A DNA stretch of 64,000 bases from an uncultured Pseudomonadota bacterium (GTDB lineage: Bacteria; Oederibacteriota; Muellerivitia; Muellerivitales; Muellerivitaceae): positions 864,001 through 928,000 of the forward strand of contig CAWIIP010000002.1 in the NCBI GenBank assembly GCA_963836235.1, given 5' to 3'. A model generated the notes under the pieces. That model saw nothing but the letters and a program-made list of their open reading frames with translations. It was not told where the DNA came from and did not search any database. The position numbers were made by a program, and so were the translations under genes. Position 1 is the first letter of the stretch; each line of letters begins with the position of its first letter. This document shows positions 10,267 to 18,534 of this stretch, piece by piece.

Positions 10267-10761
10267 TTACCGCAGATAATCCGGAATGTTACCATCCTTA
10301 AAGTCAAAAAAACCGAAACCTGAAACATCGATCGAGCTGGCCTGGGCATTGGCCACCACCTCGATTTTTAAAAAATATTTGCCCTTGGGATACTTCGTGG
10401 TCTTCGCTGCGTAAAAAAAGTCCCTTTTAGACCTTTTCCAGGTGCCGTCGACACGCGTACCGGATTTGGAAATCTTATAGTCGCATTCCAGTGGCCGCCC
10501 ATAAAATCCATATATCTTTTGGATGACTTTCTCCACGTCCTTTTCATCCCGCACCATGGCGGAAAACCCAGCGTCCAACCGGTTAAACAGATCCTTTGAA
10601 TTATCTCCAATGAGGTCGTTGGCCGCGGCGTCACTGACCGCTCGGGCTTGTTGAAGGTCGAGTTCCGGAAGCCCTGGTTCGGGAGAGGAACCACAGGAGG
10701 ACAATCCGGCCCATAAAATCACAAAACCTAATAGTAAATGAAAAATCGAGGGTCGAAACAA
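10267..10761 (-). CDS. Hypothetical lipoprotein
   Basis: Signal peptide with LSSC lipobox. Confidence 0.7.
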   Translation of the reverse strand: MFRPSIFHLLLGFVILWAGLSSCGSSPEPGLPELDLQQARAVSDAAANDLIGDNSKDLFNRLDAGFSAMVRDEKDVEKVIQKIYGFYGRPLECDYKISKSGTRVDGTWKRSKRDFFYAAKTTKYPKGKYFLKIEVVANAQASSIDVSGFGFFDFKDGNIPDYLR

Positions 10762-10832
10762 ATGCCGCTCCCAAAATTTAATTTTGAATATCTTTCGGGT
10801 GAGGAAGTAAAACCCAAGAGAGTTATCAGATT

Positions 10833-11435
10833 TTAAAGACTGAAATTGATTCCGGTTTGGATCGGAAGATAAAGGGTCGTTTTATCCGCAGAAAACCGGG
10901 AGGAAGTTAAATCCAGGGATTCCTTTGCTTGGATAAAGACATTGGCTTGATCGGCCAGGGTGAATTCCAACCCCAGCCCGCCCTCGAATAAGGCGTCGGT
11001 CTCATGCGGATTATCCGTGGAAGCCTTGCTGGTGGGCATGTTGATCACGGCCCCTTCCCCTATAAAGAAGAAAGGATGGATGGTGGAAATGGAGCTAAAC
11101 CGGTACTTTTCCAGAACCGCCAATTCCACGGTGTCAAAAGCGAAGGCCGGAAGGTTTCCCGATGGATTTTGACCGTCCATATCCTGAATCTCTCCGTCCA
11201 GGAGAATGGAAAAGTGGGAATTGAATTTATAACCCACTTCTGCTCCAAAACTGTAGCCCGAGGTGTAATTTTCGTAAAGGGTCTTGCTGACAGGAGAAAC
11301 CATTCCACCCTCGGCTTGAAACTCAATTCCTGAATCCGTTCCGGCCCAAAGACGGGAAGCGATCGATAGGATAAGCGCCGCAAAGAATAATTTATTTTTC
11401 AAAAGAAAGCTCCTGCCTTTCGAGTAGTTGAGCAA
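10833..11435 (-). CDS. Outer-membrane beta-barrel protein, probable paralog of 264..857
   Basis: Signal peptide; HPFFFIGEG strand; C-terminus YLPIQTGINFSL resembles FIPIQAGIGFFVN; start uncertain. Confidence 0.7.
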   Translation of the reverse strand: MLNYSKGRSFLLKNKLFFAALILSIASRLWAGTDSGIEFQAEGGMVSPVSKTLYENYTSGYSFGAEVGYKFNSHFSILLDGEIQDMDGQNPSGNLPAFAFDTVELAVLEKYRFSSISTIHPFFFIGEGAVINMPTSKASTDNPHETDALFEGGLGLEFTLADQANVFIQAKESLDLTSSRFSADKTTLYLPIQTGINFSL

Positions 11436-11492
11436 TTATAAAAGGTCCTTCGTAAAAGGGAAATCTATTGTCGGAAAGCCGGGTAATTCACT

Positions 11493-12914
11493 TCATTTTT
11501 CATAGGAAATAGGCACTCGAACTTCCTTCGCGATCCGGTCGCGGGAGGAATAGGTGGCCATCACCTGCATTTTCAAATAATAGGTTCCCTTGGAGAGGGA
11601 CGAACCGGGCGTCCAGTCGATCTCCTGGGAACCTTGTCCCAAATCCTGCTTCTGCGACAAAGTGGTAACCGAATTGCCCGCGTCATCCTGAATCTCGGCG
11701 CTAATCAGGGCCCTTTCCGTCAAAAAACAGGAGATTCGGAAGCCTTTGTCGGACGGCTCCACCTTGATATTGACCGCATCCGCTCCGTTCCAAAAATATT
11801 GAACGCTGTTTTTTTCGGCTACGAGGATCTGGCCGAACTGGTGGTTGATGGCGATTCCCCGGGGTTCGGTAAATTGGAAATCGTCCGTTCCCAAGCTTCC
11901 AAAGGTCACCACATAGTGGAGGTCCTTATCGAACTTCCGCAAGCAGGATTTCTCAAAATCCGTGGTCACGACGTTTCCGTAATAATCGAAAGCGCAGCCA
12001 TACAATTTGACGGGTGAATCAGGAATTTGGTCAGTAGTGATTTGGGCGAGCGCCCCTCCCTCCAAATCCATCGTTTGAAGCCTTTGCCCCTGGCGGTCGA
12101 TGATCGCCAATCGGTTGGCGTAGGGGCCTTGCTGATAAAAGGTCCAGGCTTCGTGGGCGTCGATTACCGCGATTGCCGAAGGGCCTTCTAAGGGTGGCGT
12201 ATTTAAAACCCGGAACCGTCCGTTGGCATCCCGCACCTGAATCCGGTTATTTCCGGTGTCCGCGACGTAAAGGCGGCCCTGGGAGTCATAGGCCACGCCC
12301 ATCGGCCCGTTGAACTGTCCGGTGCTGGCCCCGAGTTTACCTATGGTGTTAATCCAAGTCAGCCTCAGTCCGTCATGTTGCAAAAAAGCGATCCGGTTGT
12401 TTCCTGTATCGGCAATGGCGACTTCCCCGCCCGTACTGATGGCGGCGCCGGTAGGATGGTAAAACTGTTTATCATCGTGACCAACGGACCCGAAGCGGCG
12501 AATATCCTTAAGACCCACGTTATAAATAATTTCTCCCGCCCCCGAATTCACTCCGATGCAAGTCACCACAATGTCATTTTGAGGGGATTTGGGGTCGTGG
12601 TCATTTTTTAAGAGGGCGCAAGCGACTCCTCGGGGATCGTCAAAACTGCAGCCCGGAACCATGAGCGACAACATGGTTTGGGTGCCACGGTGAATATTGA
12701 ATGGCAGGAACCCGTCGGAAGGATAAAGAAAAGTGGAGGGGACTTCCTTAATGATCTGTACTCCATCCGCAAAAACCCAGCCGGCAAGAGCCAAAAAAAG
12801 AAGAGTTAACCGCCAAGACGCTAAGATGCCAAGAAAACCCGGAAACAGGGATTCATCTCCTTTTTTATTTTTGTTATCGGCTTTTCTTAGTGCCTTGGCT
12901 TCTTGGCGGTTCAA
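11493..12914 (-). CDS. NHL-repeat beta-propeller protein with C-terminal FlgD-Ig-like domain
   Basis: Repeats F..P.G.A....G..YVADTGNNRIQ; C-terminal EIDWT..LSKGTYYLK; TTG start 12914 after AGGAAA inferred. Confidence 0.85.
   Translation of the reverse strand: MNRQEAKALRKADNKNKKGDESLFPGFLGILASWRLTLLFLALAGWVFADGVQIIKEVPSTFLYPSDGFLPFNIHRGTQTMLSLMVPGCSFDDPRGVACALLKNDHDPKSPQNDIVVTCIGVNSGAGEIIYNVGLKDIRRFGSVGHDDKQFYHPTGAAISTGGEVAIADTGNNRIAFLQHDGLRLTWINTIGKLGASTGQFNGPMGVAYDSQGRLYVADTGNNRIQVRDANGRFRVLNTPPLEGPSAIAVIDAHEAWTFYQQGPYANRLAIIDRQGQRLQTMDLEGGALAQITTDQIPDSPVKLYGCAFDYYGNVVTTDFEKSCLRKFDKDLHYVVTFGSLGTDDFQFTEPRGIAINHQFGQILVAEKNSVQYFWNGADAVNIKVEPSDKGFRISCFLTERALISAEIQDDAGNSVTTLSQKQDLGQGSQEIDWTPGSSLSKGTYYLKMQVMATYSSRDRIAKEVRVPISYEK
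12808..12911. repeat. Long inverted repeat of CCAAG-periodic family (copy C), inside the 5' end of the NHL gene
   Basis: AACCGCCAAGACGCTAAGATGCCAAGAAAA ... TTTTCTTAGTGCCTTGGCTTCTTGGCGGTT. Confidence 0.85.
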
Positions 12915-12925
12915 ATTCTTTTCCT

Positions 12926-15064
12926 TTAAACTTTTTTGGGAACCACTTTGAAATCCTGTTCGTTGTGCGCGACCGGCTTGCCTTTTCGATCCCAAACCCT
13001 AATTTGCACCTGATAATCACCATACCGGGCGGTCTCGGGAACGGTGAAGCCTTTCATATGGGCGAACCTTTCTTTTGTATCGAAGGGTGTGGAAACCGAA
13101 TCCGCTGCGATATCGCAGGTCTTCGCTTCCCGAAAAAGGACTTTGCCTTTCGGATCCAAAACCCGGGCCTCCACTTTAAGGCCTTTCCACGAGTAGGGAA
13201 AGTCGTTGACCATATGAAGGCCCTTCAAAAAAGATTGCCCCCAATTCAGGATATCCTTGCGGTTGTATTGGGTAACATGGGTGCGCCAGACGGGCAAAAG
13301 CGGCTGGGATGCCGTCTGAAGGGCCTCATAACCCTCCTTCGGTTTGCGGAAATAATCCACCACGCTCCAGGTAATGGAGGGCCAACAGTCCACGAACATG
13401 AATTGAAAATAACCGGTCATGGGTTTGTACTTTTTGATGCGGAAGCTTTGGATATATTCTTTCAACACAAGGGCTTGGTACTTCTGGCTATTGGCCACGA
13501 ATTCCCCTATTGATTTTCCCATTTCAATCCTGGCCACGTTGAAAGTTTGAAAATATTGAAAGTCGTGGACGGCCCACTTTTTCCAATCGGGCGGCCATAA
13601 CTCCTTGGGACCAAACATTTTCTTTAAAGTCGAAAGTTCCGGCAGGGCCTGGGCGCCGAACTCGGAATAAAAGGGATTTTCCGGGCCAAGTATTCCGGGA
13701 GCATCCTTGAGCACCGAATCCTCCCAATACCATCCCGGGTAAGGGTGAAAGCGGAAGTCGCTGGCTTCATCCACAAAGCGGCTCTGATCCTCTTCCTTCA
13801 CGGCCCTGGCCAAAATCGGATCCAGTTTGTCACGGTTATGGGACGGCTCATTGTGGCAGCACCAGACCAGAATGGAGGGATGGTTGTAAAGCAAATGGAC
13901 CATTTCCTTGATCTGCCGACAGGCGTTGCGGGTAAAGGCGGGCGTATCCTCATAACTCCATTGCAAGGCGAAGTCCTGCCACACGAAAAGGCCCGCCTCA
14001 TCGCAGGCGGCATAAAACTCTTCCCGATTCACGTGCGCGTGAACCCGGACCCCATTCAAGTTGGCGTCCTGCATCAATTGCACATCCCGCCTGGCCCGTG
14101 AAGCCTTGTATTCCGAAAGCCATTGGGTAGGAATAATATTAGTGGCCCGGGGGAAAAAAGTCCGGCCGTTGAGGATAAACTTCCATTCGGGCGTCACTTT
14201 AACTTCACGGATACCGAAACGCGCCTCGCCTTTTTCCACCACATGACCCGTCCCCGAGTGATGAACGGCGATGGAAGCCTTATAAAGATTCGGCTTGCCC
14301 TGGTCCCATGTCCACCAGAGACGGGGCTTTTTAAAAACTTGTTGAATTTGGACTTCGGTCTGTCCCCTTTGCAGGTGGATATTCTTTTGGGTCAACAGCT
14401 TCGTGGGAAAACCAATGCCTTCAAACTGAGTCCGGATGTCATAGGTTCCAGATTCCGCCACATTGACTAAAACCAGCTTCAGGGTCACTACCGCTTGACC
14501 GTTGGGCCGCAGGGCCGTATCCACCTGGGTGCGCTTTAAGAATACCTGGTCCACAATCAGCAGTTCCACGTCGTTCCAGAGGCCTCCCGTATTATGATCC
14601 TGTCCATGTTCCAGGTCCCAACTTCCTGGACGGGCATCATGGTGGTTGAAGATGCCTTTGATCAGGTGTTTGTGGTGAGGCCAGGCCTTTGGACTTTCCT
14701 TCGGGGACTCCACCCAGACTTTTAGATGGTTCTCCCTACCCAAAATCTTTGAGGCGTCGAACTCAAAGGTTTGGAAATAACCTTCGTGCTTCCCCAGAAG
14801 ATGTCCATTGAACTCAGCCTTCAGGAAATAATCAGCCCCTTTAAACCGCAGAAAGGCCGCTTGGCCTTTTTTGAGTGGTGATGCCTTGAACTCCCTCTCA
14901 TAAAGAGCTTCGCCAGCGAAATCCTCGCCTTGCAGATACCAATTGGAGGGAACAGCAATGTTTCGTGCCTTGGGATTCTCAAGCGGAATGGACCTTTTAT
15001 AGAGGGACGACTCGGCCAGTTTTGTGAATTTCCACCGGCCATTCAGGGTGAGAGCTTGAGTCAC
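12926..15064 (-). CDS. Glycoside hydrolase family 2 (beta-mannosidase/beta-galactosidase-like)
   Basis: LNGRWKF, LRFKGADY, P.LWWTWD.GKPNLY, FGIRE, WCCHNEP (acid/base), SEFG (nucleophile); GTG start after AAGGAAA. Confidence 0.92.
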   Translation of the reverse strand: MTQALTLNGRWKFTKLAESSLYKRSIPLENPKARNIAVPSNWYLQGEDFAGEALYEREFKASPLKKGQAAFLRFKGADYFLKAEFNGHLLGKHEGYFQTFEFDASKILGRENHLKVWVESPKESPKAWPHHKHLIKGIFNHHDARPGSWDLEHGQDHNTGGLWNDVELLIVDQVFLKRTQVDTALRPNGQAVVTLKLVLVNVAESGTYDIRTQFEGIGFPTKLLTQKNIHLQRGQTEVQIQQVFKKPRLWWTWDQGKPNLYKASIAVHHSGTGHVVEKGEARFGIREVKVTPEWKFILNGRTFFPRATNIIPTQWLSEYKASRARRDVQLMQDANLNGVRVHAHVNREEFYAACDEAGLFVWQDFALQWSYEDTPAFTRNACRQIKEMVHLLYNHPSILVWCCHNEPSHNRDKLDPILARAVKEEDQSRFVDEASDFRFHPYPGWYWEDSVLKDAPGILGPENPFYSEFGAQALPELSTLKKMFGPKELWPPDWKKWAVHDFQYFQTFNVARIEMGKSIGEFVANSQKYQALVLKEYIQSFRIKKYKPMTGYFQFMFVDCWPSITWSVVDYFRKPKEGYEALQTASQPLLPVWRTHVTQYNRKDILNWGQSFLKGLHMVNDFPYSWKGLKVEARVLDPKGKVLFREAKTCDIAADSVSTPFDTKERFAHMKGFTVPETARYGDYQVQIRVWDRKGKPVAHNEQDFKVVPKKV

Positions 15065-15077
15065 GGTGTTTCCTTTT

Positions 15078-15182
15078 CTATCGGGCAAGCCATTTAAATC
15101 CAAGCATGACTAAACCCAAAACCACCATCAAGGCGATAAACCCCAGGACTTTCTTTTCCTGGGAAGTCAGGGCTATCCGCAT
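15078..15182 (-). CDS. Small single-TM protein (34 aa)
   Basis: Own translation: MRIALTSQEKKVLGFIALMVVLGLVMLGFKWLAR*; stop abuts the RBS of the GH2 gene. Confidence 0.55.
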   Translation of the reverse strand: MRIALTSQEKKVLGFIALMVVLGLVMLGFKWLAR

Positions 15183-15431
15183 AAATATCACCAATGATTC
15201 CAAATCTTATCCCAATAGAAAAAAACAGGGAGAACAAAGGCGTTCATTATATCCAGGTTGGAGGTTTCCATAAGTACTTGAACTATCTGTCTTTGGTTTT
15301 TTTCGGGTGACTCAGGCGTTAAAAACCCCTTTTCCTCCGTTAATTTCGGCCAATGGGTTCGTCCCGAACACTTTTATCCCTTTAAACCGTCTAAAATAAG
15401 GAGTCGGTATCAATATTAGGTAGGCAATGCC

Positions 15432-16019
15432 ATTAACGACCATGAACTGATTGAAAAAATCCGCTCCGGCCAAAAAGAGCTTTACGCCGAACTTGTGCGC
15501 CAATACCACAAGAAAGTGATGGGCTATTGCCTTTCCATGCTCCAAAACCATACCGAGGCGGAGGAAGCGGCCCAGGACGTTTTTGTGAAAGCCTATAAAT
15601 CCTTGGGCAAATTTAAGGGTAATTCTTCCTTTTCCACCTGGCTGTACCGCATCACAGCCAACCATTGCCTGGATGTATTAAGGAAGAGAAACCGGCGAAG
15701 AACCGTCTCACTCGATACCCTGGTGGAGGAGGAAGGCGACCAGGTCCACCAGCTCTTTTCCACCCCTCCCGTGGCAGCTTCCCAGATGGAAAACCGTGAT
15801 TTGGCGGGTAAAATCCTCTCCACATTGCCCCAGGACTACCGTACCATCCTGACGCTCCGGGAAGCGGAAGGCCTGGAATACCAGGAAATCGCTGAAGTCA
15901 TGGAATGTTCCCTGGATGCCGTGAAGGGCCGCCTTTCACGCGCCCGTAAGCAATTGCAGGAGAATTTACGACACTTTATCCAGGAAAAAGACGTCTATAC
16001 CGATGAGCGGGAGAAATAA
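15432..16019 (+). CDS. ECF RNA polymerase sigma-70 factor (start ambiguous)
   Basis: AEEAAQDVFVKAY..L..F.G.SSFSTWLYRIT.N.C.D; region 4 L.YQEIAEVM..S...VK.RL.RAR; conserved N-terminus continues upstream of GTG 15495. Confidence 0.93.
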   Translation: MNDHELIEKIRSGQKELYAELVRQYHKKVMGYCLSMLQNHTEAEEAAQDVFVKAYKSLGKFKGNSSFSTWLYRITANHCLDVLRKRNRRRTVSLDTLVEEEGDQVHQLFSTPPVAASQMENRDLAGKILSTLPQDYRTILTLREAEGLEYQEIAEVMECSLDAVKGRLSRARKQLQENLRHFIQEKDVYTDEREK

Positions 16020-16478
16020 ATGAATCACGAAGCAATCCAACAAAAACTACTGGCCTTGTTTGACGGACCCCTGACCGAAAAGGAAAGGAAGCTGGTAGAA
16101 AGCCATTTGCCTCATTGCGCCGAATGCCGTCGGGCCATCGCCGAATGGAAAGTCGTGTCTCGTAAGCTATTCTCAGCTCAGACCTTCTCGGAGGCGTCTG
16201 AGGATTTCTTCGTCTTGAAAGTCATGAACCGTTTGGAATCCGCTTCCCCAAAGAGCGGCTTCTTCTCTCGCGGTTTTGCCCTGCGGTGGCTGGTCCCCCT
16301 CCTGGGGTCAGCCGCCGTGGCGGCTTGGGTCTTTTTCACGATTCTTCCCGATTCGACTGAGCTGGTTTCACCCACCAATGTTGAAACGGCTTTTTCCTCA
16401 AACTTTTCTTACGGTACTTCCACGAACACCGGGATTACCTTGGCTTCCTATACACCCGCCGACGATTACACACCTTAA
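16020..16478 (+). CDS. Zinc-finger (ZAS, zf-HC2) anti-sigma factor
   Basis: HLPHCAEC = HxxxCxxC, one TM helix, directly after sigma factor. Confidence 0.9.
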   Translation: MNHEAIQQKLLALFDGPLTEKERKLVESHLPHCAECRRAIAEWKVVSRKLFSAQTFSEASEDFFVLKVMNRLESASPKSGFFSRGFALRWLVPLLGSAAVAAWVFFTILPDSTELVSPTNVETAFSSNFSYGTSTNTGITLASYTPADDYTP

Positions 16479-16490
16479 AAGGACTCAATT

Positions 16491-16913
16491 ATGAAATCAT
16501 GGATTAAAACTTCGTTAACCCTCCTCATTGGGTTCCTTTTGGGAGTCACGGCCACTGGTATAGTGATCCACCATTTTTTTGGTCCACACCATCCACCTGG
16601 AATCGTCGATGCGGACCGCATTCTGAAGCGCTTGGTTTCCCGATACGACTTAACCGAGGACCAAAAAGGGAAAGTATCTGTTCTTTTAAAACAAGAGCTT
16701 CCTAAAACCGACGCCTTACGCAAAGAAGGAGACGAAAAATTCAAGGCTCTCAGGGACTCCTTCAATAGCCAGCTCAGGGCACTCTTAACCCCCGATCAGC
16801 AGAAAAAGTTAGATGACATGGTGGCAAAATGGGAACAAAAGCAAAAGGAAAGGTCCCACTTTTTTGGTTGTGATAATGGCCCTGTTTCCGCCTCGGCCGT
16901 TACGGGCAATTAA
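16491..16913 (+). CDS. Periplasmic Spy/CpxP-like (LTxxQ) protein
   Basis: N-terminal TM; two LTxxQ motifs (LTEDQ, LTPDQ). Confidence 0.75.
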   Translation: MKSWIKTSLTLLIGFLLGVTATGIVIHHFFGPHHPPGIVDADRILKRLVSRYDLTEDQKGKVSVLLKQELPKTDALRKEGDEKFKALRDSFNSQLRALLTPDQQKKLDDMVAKWEQKQKERSHFFGCDNGPVSASAVTGN

Positions 16914-17059
16914 TTCGCTTGAAATTTGATATTTTAAGCTCATCTGGTTTTACCCGACTTTTTTAATCAGTCAGGATTGAATCCAGGCTCCCAATGGGCA
17001 TAATGTCCCCCACTTGAATATCCGTTCGAATCTAGTTCCTATGATGAGGAGACTTTAAC

Positions 17060-18433
17060 TTGATCCGCAATCCTTTCCTCCAAGCGCTGGCTACCGGCGC
17101 TTTTTTGTTATTCCTTTCGGGCTGCGCTGAGGCCCCGATCAATGTGACGAATAACAACGTTGAAAAACCCTTAGAACAAATCACCGGAGTAACTAGCGAC
17201 GTCGTGGAAAAAGCCGCCCAAAAGGCCCAAATGAACCTTTGGGATGTTTACGCCCTTGCGGTAAAACATACGGAGGACTTGGCCGGCAAATACGAGAATA
17301 TCCTCCAAGCCAATGCCCAAAGCGATCAGGCAGTCGCCTCGGTTCTACCCCAAATCTTTTTGAATGATAGAGCGAACTGGCAATCGGGTAATTACGTTTT
17401 CGGCTCGGAAAATGCCCTTTTTCAACCTTTAGGCAATACACTCTATCTCTCGGGAACCGAAACCCTCTTAACAGGTTTAAACCAGGTGGCTGCGATCCAG
17501 GGGGCCCAAGCCCAGATCGATCAAAATCATCACTTTTATAAACAAGAAGCCCGCACGCTGCTTTTAAATGTGGCCCGTTCCTTTTACGGCATTCTACAGT
17601 TGCAAGATACCCTTCAATCAAAGCAAGAAATTGAGGGCCTGACCCTGGAAATCCTGAAGCAGGAACAACAGTGGAAAAATATCGGACGGTCCCGGGACAG
17701 CGACGTCCTGACCACGGAGGCCCAATTGGCCCAACTGAAGGGGGACGAGGAGGCCGCCCAGGGACAGTTGAACATCGCCCGCGACAGTTTGGTGGTCCTG
17801 ACCGGCTTGAAAACCGAACAGCCCTTGGTATCGGAGGAACAACCGATTCCCGCCACGATAACCTTTGAACAAGCCGAAGCCCTCGTCGATAACCGGTCGG
17901 ATGTCATTGCCGCGAAAGCGGGAGTCGATTTGGCGGATGCCACAGTCCTGCAAGCGCACGGGGAACATCTACCCTCCCTTGCCGTCCAAGGCCAATATTA
18001 CCTTCAACAAGACGGCGGAAGCCCTACAGCCGATTGGAACGTCCAATTGGTGGCTTCCCTCCCCATCTTTGAGGGCGGAGCCATCGTGGCCCAAGAAAAC
18101 GCCGCCGATTCCAAAAAACGCCAAGCCGATATGCAATATTCGCTCACCCGTCGCCAGGCTCTGCAGGATATCCGCGGCGCCTACCGCGCCCTGGCCAATT
18201 CCATGAACCAAGTAGACGCATATAGTAAAGCCTTGGACGCCGCCCAAAAGGATTACACTGCGGTGGAAAGAGACCGAAGGCTGGCCCTGAACACCAATCT
18301 GGATGTTTTGAACGCCCTGACCCAGCTCGAAACCGCCAAAACCAACTACGACCAGGCGAAATACCAGGTGCTGATTAATTCCATATGGCTGGGCGAAGCC
18401 ACGGGTGATTTGCCGAAGACAGATAACAACTAG
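17060..18433 (+). CDS. TolC family outer-membrane efflux protein
   Basis: Lipobox LSGC; two OEP repeats (A..LP..., SLPIFEGG, LDVLNA). Confidence 0.92.
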   Translation: MIRNPFLQALATGAFLLFLSGCAEAPINVTNNNVEKPLEQITGVTSDVVEKAAQKAQMNLWDVYALAVKHTEDLAGKYENILQANAQSDQAVASVLPQIFLNDRANWQSGNYVFGSENALFQPLGNTLYLSGTETLLTGLNQVAAIQGAQAQIDQNHHFYKQEARTLLLNVARSFYGILQLQDTLQSKQEIEGLTLEILKQEQQWKNIGRSRDSDVLTTEAQLAQLKGDEEAAQGQLNIARDSLVVLTGLKTEQPLVSEEQPIPATITFEQAEALVDNRSDVIAAKAGVDLADATVLQAHGEHLPSLAVQGQYYLQQDGGSPTADWNVQLVASLPIFEGGAIVAQENAADSKKRQADMQYSLTRRQALQDIRGAYRALANSMNQVDAYSKALDAAQKDYTAVERDRRLALNTNLDVLNALTQLETAKTNYDQAKYQVLINSIWLGEATGDLPKTDNN

Positions 18434-18523
18434 TTTTTAGTTCTAAATGTTGAGTTTTGAGTTAATGATATTTTCCATCTGCCCGGCGGATTGAAAATTT
18501 TCCGCAACTCAAAACTTAAAACT
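18431..18523. repeat. Inverted heptamer tandem repeats between TolC and RND genes
   Basis: TAGTTTT-TAGTTCT-AAATGTT-GAGTTTT-GAGTT ... AACTC-AAAACTT-AAAACT. Confidence 0.6.
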
Positions 18524-18534
18524 TGGAGTTTAAA

